Below, piece after piece: positions 52,641 to 64,000 of a stretch of DNA of 64,000 bases. Below the pieces are notes generated by a model. That model saw only the letters and a program-made list of their open reading frames with translations. It was not told the origin of the DNA and did no database searches. Every line of letters begins with the position of its first letter. Position 1 is the stretch's first letter. The position numbers and the translations under genes were made by a program. This stretch comes from Eledone cirrhosa (lineage: Eukaryota), in contig OZ024740.1 of the NCBI GenBank assembly GCA_964016885.1, positions 112,282,001 through 112,346,000 of the forward strand. Reading direction: 5' to 3'.

Positions 52641-52856
52641 TAAGAACTTACCCACCATCAAACTTGTCATTTCCATTACATCAACCACTACCACCAAATC
52701 ACTTTCTCCCCCATCATACTCTCTATATATATTTCACCCTCTCGCCATGGTTTTTCTGTTATCTCTCTTCTAGTCACTGTGTTGGTCACATTGCCAAAAG
52801 AGACAACTTACAATGAAGTGGTCTCTATAGCCTAGTGGAGATACAGTGTAACCTGT

Positions 52857-53249
52857 CTAGTGCTGGTACCATAATAAAATGCACCTAGTACACTCTGTAA
52901 AGTGGTTGACAGATAGCAGATGCTACATCAGATAAAGATTTTTTTGACTTGTCAATGACAAGACAATCTCTCTAGTATTGGTGCCATAATAAAATGCACC
53001 TAGTACACTCTGTAAAATGGTTGTCAATTGAGCAGATACTACATCAGATAAAGATTTTTTTGACTTGTCAATAACAAGACAACCTCTCTAGTATTGGTGC
53101 CATAATAAAATGCACCTAGTACACTCTGTAAAGTGGTTGACAAATAGCAGATGCTACATCAGATAAAGATTTTTTGACTTGCCAATGACAAGTCAACCTC
53201 TCTAGTGTTGGTGCCATAATAAAATGCACCTAGTACACTCTGTAAAGTG
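52857..53249 (+). repeat. ~115-bp tandem repeat, 3.4 copies, containing the same SINE domain as the 48-mer
   Basis: Unit starts 52857, 52972, 53088, 53202; GGTGCCATAATAAAATGCACCTAGTACACTCTGTAAAGTGGTTG. Confidence 0.9.
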
Positions 53250-53397
53250 TATGTGTGTGTTTGTATACCCACACATATATACAAAATTCTTTCATGGTAT
53301 TTCCTCATGCCTAACCAGATAAAATTTATGGGGTTAAGGAAATCTTTTTACCAACACAATTCCTGTCATACAATGAATCCATATGTACGTGTGAGTG

Positions 53398-53429
<32 letters not shown>

Positions 53430-53432
53430 AGC

Positions 53433-53514
<82 letters not shown>

Positions 53515-53604
53515 TATAAATAGAGAGAGAGAGAGAAACACGCACATATATATCATTACCATCATCGTTTAACGTCTATTATTCCTTGCTTGCATATGTG
53601 TGTG

Positions 53605-53687
<83 letters not shown>

Positions 53688-53849
53688 ATATATAGTGTGT
53701 ATGTGAGTAAGTTAATGTATTGCTGTAGCACACAGTGATTACATCCAGCTGGCAAGGATCACTAAGCCATGATGAAGAACAAAATTAGAAAACTTGAAAT
53801 TAAATATTTCCTATTGAAACCCAATTTTCTACATTTTAGTATAAGAAAC

Positions 53850-53896
<47 letters not shown>

Positions 53897-53898
53897 TG

Positions 53899-53964
<66 letters not shown>

Positions 53965-54355
53965 TTCATGTATGTATATATATATACATTCATTCATGTA
54001 TATATACACATACATACATTCATTTATGTGTATATATATATATCTATAGACATACATACATTCATTCATGTATATATATATATATATATATACATACATT
54101 CATTCATGTATATATATATATATATATATACACATACATTCATTCATTCATGTATGTATATATATATATATAAATACATTGATGTATACATATATATATG
54201 TATATATACATACATAGATACATGTATATATACATACATAGATACATGTATATATATACATAGATACATGTATATATATACATACATTCATGTATATATA
54301 TATATACATACATACATGTATATATACATATGTATACATACATGTATAAATATAT

Positions 54356-54397
<42 letters not shown>

Positions 54398-54743
54398 TCT
54401 TAAGGAAATTGGCTCCCTATTCCTTACAACTTGGCACCCTTGTCTCACCTATACCTTCTCCATATAGTATGATGTTTAACAGATTTTGGGAAGTAAAATA
54501 CCCCAATTACTGAGTTAAATGGTAGAATTTGAGGTGACTTGTTAAATTTATTTGTTTGTTGTTGTTGTTTTTTTGTTTGTTTTTTGTTGCATATAAATTC
54601 ATGTTTTGTATTGTGTGAGTCCTCAACTCTTGATAGGGTTGTCGGAGCATTGTCAAGACAGGCTGTGTACTGGCCTGCTCCATTTATATCTGCATGCCAA
54701 TTACATATTTTGGGTCTCTGCTAAAGATTTGCCTGTCTCTCCT

Positions 54744-54968
54744 TTAACCCTTTAGCATTTACATTACTCTATATTTACTATTGTTTTTCACTGTAAACAC
54801 TTTATTGCACATAATTATCTCACATAATATCAAATCTACGAGATTCTGATATTATTTATTTTGAGAACAATACCTTAACATGAGTATGAGCAGCCGGTTA
54901 TGGCCGGTTTGAACAGAAAGAGGGGAAAGATTTCTGGGTAGATACAGCTGGTTTAAATACTAAAGTGG
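54744..54968. mobile_element. piggyBac-like (TTAA) MITE
   Basis: TTAACCCTTTAGCATTTA ... TAAATACTAAAGTGG imperfect TIRs; a second candidate at 55052-55289 ends in GGGTTAA. Confidence 0.5.
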
Positions 54969-55643
54969 TGATGTTATGCCAATGTTTGACACCTTATTCA
55001 TGATAGTCTATAATGTTAGGGGTGTTCGCTGCTTTTGTCCTCAATTTACTTATCAAACCTTTCATAACCAGATTTCTTTTACACCGTATTTGAATTAACT
55101 AATGGAAAATTTGGACGGATTTACTAAAATCATTAATTATTTCATTATTAAGTTGGCATTTGTAGCATAACTTAACAAAAGGTTTTTATATCTAATTATA
55201 TTGGAAGATTTTAATTTAAAATAGGATCCCTTTAAAATGGTTGGTTTTGTTTCATAGATAGCTTCAGGCAGTTTAGTATCAATAGGGTTAAAGTATTGAA
55301 TGCTATGATATCGTATTTGTTCGAGCACATCCACAAATTTCCTTTTCATATCAGTTGCTTTTGAAATCTCTGAATATTGAGGAAGTATCTCTGAGAATGG
55401 TGAGCGTAAGATATTGATAACCTTAGAACCTTATAGACCAGTCATGAATGCTTGCAATACACAGTGGATTCAACTAAATGTTTCCCCTCTCGATTTCTCA
55501 AGTTCAGTACAGTCTATCTGACAAATTTCTTATACAGTGTCTGTCTATCCACTTTCATTCACACATCTCGTGCAGTGGCATGGTACAGAAATTGTGAAAG
55601 GAAATTTAAAGTCTATCTCAGCAAGACCAGTTCTTACCATCAT

Positions 55644-55830
55644 CAGTGGTGGATTTAGGATAAATGAAGCCCTGTGCTAGTTAAGCTATGAATCCTTTTA
55701 CTTGGGCCCTGAAGGAGGTAAAAAAATGGGGGGGGGGACAGGTTGATTTCCCCCCCCCCCCCCCCCCCCCCTAACCAACGGGGTCCAGTGCTTAAGCACA
55801 CCTCTAAACATAGTGGTAAATCGGGCACTG
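55644..55830. mobile_element. hAT-type MITE with 8-bp target-site duplication
   Basis: TIRs CAGTGGTGGATTTA / TAAATCGGGCACTG; ACCATCAT directly on both sides (55636-55643, 55831-55838). Confidence 0.75.
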
Positions 55831-56019
55831 ACCATCATCATCATCGTTTGTACATTGAATTACTCCTGCTGACATGGGTTAGATGGAACATTTTGAGGCA
55901 ATGTTTTACACCCAGATGACCTTCCTAACACCAACCAATTTTGTCACTTCTTACGTGTCATAAAATACCATCAATAATAATCTGTCAATGTTAATAAGTT
56001 GTGAGTTTGCAATATTTGT

Positions 56020-56595
56020 TTTTATCGATAAAATAAAGTACCAGTAATGCACTAGGATAATTGCTGGCCTTGTGCCAAAAGTAGAAACAATAATTGTTTT
56101 TATCACACTGGGTATATTTGATATTTACAATTTAAAAATATTAAAATGAAATTAAAAAAAGAAACACAAAGGGAAATAAAAAAAAAATAGAAATTCTATA
56201 GTGCAGTATTCGTTGTGGCTCTCTTCATCCTGAGTTCAAATTTCACCGAGGTCAATTTAGCCTTTTGATCTTCTGAGGATGATAAAATAAAGTATCAGTC
56301 AAGTGCTGCTCAAGGGGTTTAATTGACTTCCCCAACCCAAACACCACTCCCACAAAAAAAAGATAATAATAATAATAATGTTGCTGACCTTGTGCCTAAA
56401 TTAGAAACTATTATGGATTGTGAGGATCAGTAGAGTGCCGGACAATATGCTTTAAGGCATATATATATTCTCAGTTCAAATACTGCCGAGGTTAGCTTTG
56501 CCTTTCATCATTACGGGGTTGATAAAATAAAATACCAGAAATGCATTGGGGTCGATTTAATCAATTTTCCCTTTCCCTTCAAATTGCTGGCTTTA
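56020..56595 (+). mobile_element. Cluster of three family A SINE pieces
   Basis: Diagnostic core at 56020-56090, 56205-56410 and 56415-56595. Confidence 0.75.
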
Positions 56596-57014
56596 TTATG
56601 GAGGCTTCTATTAACATTCTAAAAGGCTTCGCTGTGTTTTTTTAAGTGGCGGAGGGCGGGGGGGGGGGTCTTCATGGGTCTCCTGAGCCCAAACAAGCCG
56701 AACCCTACTTCTTTTTTATAGGTCCTAACTTTCTGAGTACCTGATAACCGATTTCTTCAGCATGTTAGGCATGTTTGCCTGGCCATCTGTTGACCATAAT
56801 AAACTGCCAGACAGCAAACACATTGAGGTTAACATTAACCAGATTTATATATTTTGTGTTCATAACTTTAGAGGAATGGAGAGAGAAGGGCGAGAGGAGG
56901 GAAGAAAGTATATCTGATACACACACAACTAGACTGAGAGTGTGTGTGCCTGGAAGTGAAATCAATGAATACATGTGTACATATACCTATATCTACATGT
57001 GTGTGCATGTACAT

Positions 57015-57081
<67 letters not shown>

Positions 57082-57332
57082 TACATACATACATACATAC
57101 ATACATACATACATACATACATACACACAGATATATATGTACATATATATTTGTGTGTGTGTGAATATACATATATTTATAAATAAATAAATAAAAATAT
57201 GTATATATGTGTGTATATATATATATACACACACATATATACACACTTATATACATTGAAGCCATTCAACATGTTGAGTACGTGTTTAATAATGTAATAT
57301 GGAATAATGTTAAATTCTGCCTTATGTGATGG

Positions 57333-57368
<36 letters not shown>

Positions 57369-57580
57369 TTTAGATGTGCGTGTGTGTGTATACACACATA
57401 CACACACACATCTAAATGTCAAGATTTATGATTCGTACAGTTGTTAGTTCTTTAAACATGTAAGCATATTTGTATGTATATAGGTATAATGGAAGTGTAT
57501 CAGCATGTGTGTAAGTATGAATATGTTTGTGTGAGTATGAGAACAAATGTACATGTGTGTATGTATATAGCTTTGTAGGA

Positions 57581-57676
<96 letters not shown>

Positions 57677-59166
57677 CTAGGTTTCTGGGGGTATATGTAA
57701 GCGTTTGTATATGTGTCGGTATCACTATATATATATGTGTGTCTATGAGTGTTGATGCCTCTGCGTGTGTATATGTGTTTATGTATATATGTGTATATAG
57801 TTTATATATGTGTATATATGTTTGATAGTTTGCCCTCTAGGCTACAATTGGCATATAGAAATCATAATTATGTTAAAAATGACACAAAGATTTTCTTCTC
57901 TTTGATGTTTGTAAAATATGTAAATGTTTGCATTGAGTCCTCTCGTTCTCCCGCCTCCCTCATTCTACTTTGCATGTGTGTGTATACAAGCACACCTACA
58001 TGCATACATACATGGAAATATATATACATACATGCACATATGCATACCTAGATGCATACATGCATGCCATACATACATATATACATATATACTTACTTAC
58101 ATACATACATGGCATACATGCATACATACTTATATGGCATACATATGTACATACATGGTTTAATACATACATACATACATACATACATACATACTTACAT
58201 GTCATACATACATACATAAATACATACATACAACCATACATACATACAATTATACATAAATGCATACAAACATACATACATAAATGCATACATACATATA
58301 TACATATATACATACGTACATAAATGCATACATACATAAATGCATACATACATACATACATACATACATACATACATACATACATACATACATACATACA
58401 TACATACATACATACATAGGAATATGTTTGGTTTTATTAAAATTATCATCACCAATTATTATTATCATTATTATTATTATTATCGTTTGTTCGGTTCATA
58501 TCATTTGAAGAATCAGTATTTATCCAAGACACTAATTGGTTTGAAGTATGGTATGGTGGTGGTGGTGGTGGTGCTGCTGCTGGTTGTTGTTGTTGTTGTT
58601 GTGTGGGTGGAAGTAGCTAGGATGGAGATGGATGATGGGATGTTTTGATTGTGTTCCGTGGTTTGGGGTTGGTAAAGTACATGAAGTAGGACTGGTGATG
58701 ATGATGATGATAGTGATTATTTTAGTATTTGTAGTGGTGGTGGTGGTGGTGTCGTTGGTTATAGTTTAATGTTGTTAGTGGTTATGTTGACGTGTGTGAT
58801 TGTGGAGGTGGTGGTAGTAATGATAATAGTGATTATGTTAATAACGGTGGTGGTGATGGCGGTATTGTTGGCGGTGGTAGTGGTGTAATGTTCATGCTGT
58901 TGGTGATTTTGGTGGTAGTGGTGTGTGTGTGTGTGTGTGTGTGTGTGTGGTGTAATGCTGATATTGCTGACAGCGGTTATATTAGTGTGTCTGGTGGTAG
59001 TAGAATTCCCAAAGACTACCATTAGCAAAGATGGCAATTACAGCCAAATTTTAAATGAACACATATTTCGAATGCTTTCTTCTGTGTATATAATCTATAA
59101 TATATATGTACCAGCATTATACATACGTAAGTACATACATACATACGTGTGTGTGCATGATCAAAT

Positions 59167-59733
59167 GTTGATTTACCAGTATGATCCTGAATACAAAGCT
59201 CAGTCAAAGCAATGGTTACTAAAGGTAGAAATGGTCCGGTCAAAGCAAGAATGAACTGTTCAGGAGCAAATGTTATTCCAACAGCCTATTGAGATGTTGA
59301 GGGCATTTTGTTAGTTGACTTCGTGAAGGGGAGGAAAACAGTAACATCGATTTATTATGAAAATGTTTTACGAAAATTAGTCAGAAATTTAACAGAAATG
59401 TACCCTGGAAACCTTCATCAGAGAATTATTTTCCACCACGATAATGCTCCTGTCCATTTCTCTTGTCAAACAAGGGAAACCTTGCGTTAATTTTTATGGG
59501 AAATTATTAGACAACCACTCTACAATCCTGATTGAGTACCTTCTGTTTTTTGTTTTTCCTAAACTTAAACATTTTAAAAAAATACCCCATTTGAGACCAT
59601 TAATGATGTAAAAACGACTTGTTCGATATGGTTAAATTCTCATGGCCCTCAGTTTTATCAGGATGGTATAAATGACTGAAATCATCGCTTACAAAAGTTC
59701 CTTGATGTTGATGGTGCTTATATGGAGAAATAA
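59167..59733 (+). pseudogene. Mariner transposase fossil
   Basis: IYQYDPEYKAQSKQW, GILLVDFVKGRKTVTSIYYENVLRKL, IIFHHDNAPVH, QPLYNPD, LDVDGAYMEK*; internal stops. Confidence 0.9.
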
Positions 59734-59775
59734 AGTTGTTACATATTATAGTTTCCCTTCGTTTCGTATATATGC

Positions 59776-59819
<44 letters not shown>

Positions 59820-59834
59820 AACACACATATACAT

Positions 59835-60537
59835 GCATACATAAAAGCTTCATGAATTTTCCTTTTACCCTCCTATTTATCATATAATTGTTAAGGCCAT
59901 ACTACGTTATAATCACAGTTTTATTTTTTAATTAATCTATCTCCTCTGTAACTATATCTTTAGTTATTTGAAGTTTCTTAGCCACTAAACCTTCATTTTA
60001 ATTATAGATATATTTATTATTGCTGTGTGCTTCCATACATTTTTAATGTCCGCTTAGTATATTCTATTTTATTGACTTTGCCTTTCATCCTTACGGGGTC
60101 GATAAAATAAAGTACCAGTAATGCACTGGGTAATTGCTGGCCTTGTGCCTAAAGTAGAAACAATTATGTTTATCACTTCACTTACTAAGTGTAATAGACC
60201 TTATACTTTCTATTAGTATACTTCTAGCTCTATTTTAGTGTACAGTATATTTTGTATCAATATATTTTTGCTAGTAAAATATTTATAGTTATTAAATGAT
60301 ATTTTTTTAATCATTTATGAATTTTTAACAACGTCTTCAGGCTTCCATAAATTTTAACGTTTTTTCCACCATATTGTTCTTCGGTCTGTTTTTTTTTTTT
60401 TGTTTTCACCGGAATTTTAAAGCATGTAAGGTAATTATTTGTATTTAGCTGATTCTGTTGACTTATTCTTACAGAAATGAATATTTATTCTTGTTAGTCT
60501 AACGAAACGTTCGTAAATTCATTAAATGCTTTAATAA
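59835..60537 (+). mobile_element. Naiad-type 3' UTR + pLTR with decayed HHR (60451-60519), interrupted by a SINE piece (60074-60162)
   Basis: Homologous to 30430-30630 and 33420-33657; core mutated to CTGTTGA. Confidence 0.7.
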
Positions 60538-61099
60538 TTGTTTCTACTTTTGGCACTAATGATGCTTGTTTATTCTTTGCACACGCATGTGTGAATATAT
60601 ATATATATCGTTACTGTGCTTTAGAACAGTTTATATATCGCACTACATATAGACAGAAACACAATCTCACAAACCTATTTAATGTATTCATTAAAATCAT
60701 ATCAGCAACAATTACGCATATATAGTTACTTAATTATTGCTTATATGAATTAATGGATACATATTGTATATGTGTGTAAATACATATGGATATACATGTG
60801 TGTGCGTGTATATATATACAAACGCAAACATATTTATTATACATCAAAATTGAGAAAGACAAGCCGACAAAATAAAAATTAACCTCAAATTAACAACTGC
60901 TGTACACTCAAGTAGGATCCATTGTTTTCTAATACAGAGAGTTGACTCTAACTCAGTAAACATCTCAACTAAATACCGCCCTGGGGTGCAGGGACACTTA
61001 TATATCCACAACCGTAGTGCTGCAGATATGTCAACAAATTTTGAATTAAAAAAAATTCATGTAGTGTGTTAAAAACTTAATGGATGGTGGGTCGTTAAT

Positions 61100-61370
61100 A
61101 TATATAAATGGTATAGCATGGATGGCCTAAAAGAAGAACTGAGTATAAGTGGAATCAAATGTGGTGTGTAAAAGATAAGACTATGTTTGTTGGACATGTG
61201 ATGTACACGAATGATGATTGTTTAGTGAAGAAGTGCCAGAAGTCCTCAGTGGAAGGAAGTTGTATAGAAAAAGGCCAAGTAAGACATGGGCAGAAGTGGT
61301 GGGAGCACATCTCAAGACGCTGGACCTGACAGAGGAGATGAGGAAGAAACAACGTAGGTTTAGGGGAAAT
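61100..61370 (+). mobile_element. RTE LINE 3' fragment
   Basis: LKEELSISGIKCGV...SVEGSC...RKRPSKTWAEVV. Confidence 0.7.
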
Positions 61371-62468
61371 CACCATCATCGTCATCATCATTTTACGTCC
61401 GCTGTTCCATGCTTGCTTGGGTTTCACAAAAATATATGGCTCCTTCGGCTTCAACTTCGGCGAGTATGTAGTGGATCTCCATCGGTTTTGACGATGAATG
61501 TTCCAGCCTGTTCATAGAAGAGGCTGGTGCAGGTCTGTAGTTGGTTAACGAAATACAGGAATACAGGTCACTGGTTGGTTTAATGGTATTTCCTATGTGT
61601 TTTGTTGACGAGTTAGGGCAATTAATGGTCTTATTTGATTGCAAGTATTTGAGCCAGGTATCCTCCCTTCTTAGCCACTAGTCTTGGAAACCTTGGAAAG
61701 GGTTCATAAGCACTGTCCTCCTTCTTCTCACTAATACATAATAAAAATACAAAAGAAAATGAATAAAACAAATTTTAAAACACAGAGATTTTGTGACTGA
61801 CGTAGAAGCTTCTAGAATATACATCTTTGATGGATTTCATTTGGTATCAGTTTCCATGACATGCAGAATGTTGATGCAAATTGCAATGGACAATTTTTTC
61901 AAGTACAAAAGAGAACAGAGGGAGATAGTGGAGACAGTGGACAAATACTAAGTTAAACATCAACATCAACAACAACACAACAACTACAACAACAATATTG
62001 CATGTGCTGGGTCTTGAACTCCTTGAACTACAAGGAAGTTCAGGTCACAAGATCGGCAGCAACTTTCCAATACACACTGAATATGCATTTATCACACACA
62101 AGCACATACAAATAAAATAATAATAATATTTATTATTCCAGCCTAATATTTGTTTATCAGCTTCTTTCAACTGTGCAAGTAAATTTCCATTCTGAACTTT
62201 CTCTATATAAAAGTTATAGTGATGAAATCAACAGTGGTGGGCAGGAATGGCAGGGAGTAAGAGATCACTTCTGTCTCCATAACAACACAGTACCTCCTGT
62301 TGCACCCTCATCCCCACCCACTCTGTCAGGAAATGCTTTTCTGTGGAGAGATTCTAAATAGATATGACATAAGTCAGAAAGGTTATACATACATTATACA
62401 TACATTGTACATACATAAATACATTATACATATATATATACATACACACACATATATATATATATATG

Positions 62469-62554
<86 letters not shown>

Positions 62555-62598
62555 CATACATAGATATATATACATACATACATATATATATATATTTA

Positions 62599-62631
<33 letters not shown>

Positions 62632-62660
62632 TTATATATACATACATATATATATATATT

Positions 62661-62691
<31 letters not shown>

Positions 62692-63135
62692 TTATATATA
62701 CATATATATATATATATATATACATTCATATATATATATATATATGTAGATATATATTTATATATACATACATATATATATACATATATATATATACATA
62801 CATTAAACACATATACACATACCACCTCCCCCACCCCCAAATGAAGTCAACAAACCAGGGTGTTTACTGATGTGATGGATATTTTTAAACTAATAGAAAA
62901 ACTCTATTCATCAATGTTACCACTGTGGGAGATTACTTTATGTATATATAATAGAAAAAAATGAGGAAGTTTCATTTACATATGAAAAATATTTATTGCA
63001 TATCAACCTGTTACGTGTCTTTCGCAGAGGATTGGCTCAATGTGACTCATACGAGTTATGCACCCAACTCCAGTTCAATCTGCTCATCAGGTGATGTGAC
63101 AAAAGATATATTTTTGTTGTGGTATGTGGGCTGAG

Positions 63136-63243
<108 letters not shown>

Positions 63244-63342
63244 CATCAGCCCTATTTTGTGTGTGTGGACGTGTGTGTGTATTTTGGTGTAATTGGTGGG
63301 GCAGCAATGTGGGTGTGTACTCACAGATATTTGTGCATGTGT

Positions 63343-63711
63343 ATCATCATCATCATCATCATCATTTTACGTCCGCTTTTCCCTGCTTGCAAGGGTGGGG
63401 CGGGATCTGATTTTGGCTTGATTTCTACAGCTGGATGCCCTTCCTAACACCAACCTCATTTACAGTGAGTGCTAGGTGCTTTCATTCCGTGGCGCCCTCA
63501 CGACCACTTTACAGTGTGGGCTGGGTGCTTTTTTGCCGTGGCACCTCCACGACCACTTTGCAGTGGAATGATAGGGACCCCAGTCCTATCATTTAATTTC
63601 TACAGCTGGGTAAACTGGAGCAATGTGAAATAAAGTGTCTTGCTCAAGGAAACAACACATCACCCGGTAGATTGCAAGGCCAATGCTCTAACCACTAAGC
63701 CATGTACCTCC
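63343..63711 (-). mobile_element. Young family B SINE with two 48-bp units and a deletion in the tRNA head
   Basis: Near-identical to 20497-20820 apart from those differences. Confidence 0.9.
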
Positions 63712-63789
63712 ATGTTTGTGTGTATATATATATATAAATACACACACAAATATATTCACCATCATCATTGTAACCACAGTCGAACATTC

Positions 63790-64000
63790 CTGACAAAGTC
63801 TTTCTACTATTCATGATTATCCGTTGTTCCTGGCAACTGCTCTCAACTGAGGTTTGTTTCATCTGAGAGTTGATCAATGAAGGTTCAAGTAGGTCCTCCA
63901 CTATTGCGTCTCTCGTGACATGGTTCCCACAATAGTAGCCTGTGTATAACTTCCTGCTTACTTCTCCAGCAATGTCCTGCAAATGATATCTGTATTTGAG
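63790..64000 (-). mobile_element. LINE (RTE-like) 3' fragment running off the window
   Basis: Minus translation SFAGHCWRSKQEVIHRLLLWEPCH...TFIDQLSDET. Confidence 0.7.

Overview
AT-rich, microsatellite-saturated animal DNA. The SINE/LINE repertoire looks like an Octopus genome (inferred from recognisable repeat families). No host protein-coding exon can be supported: nearly all ORFs in the track are translations of (TA)n/(CA)n/(GA)n tracts or satellites. Real coding sequence is all transposon-derived: one nearly intact, 5'-truncated Naiad-type Penelope-like retroelement (RT + GIY-YIG, 23764-26571, split only by one extra G in a G11 run), plus decayed RTE LINEs, an R4/Dong-like LINE tail and two mariner transposase fossils. 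There are also dozens of tRNA-derived SINEs and several MITEs. Two things stand out. (1) A dense set of hammerhead-ribozyme (HHR) motifs, about 9 on both strands, sits in short non-coding elements inserted in (TA)n. Many have a fold-back layout in which an inverted copy of the 3' end stops at or near the predicted ribozyme cleavage site. One 623-nt unit has 95-bp direct repeats and a type III-like HHR fold. (2) A 10.1-kb array of 210 x 48-bp units, with no net indel and a 46/60/45-unit higher-order structure, has grown out of the internal domain of a single SINE copy. A candidate recursive splice site at 11139/11140 suggests the window may lie in a long + strand intron. All RNA folds were derived by eye and are untested.
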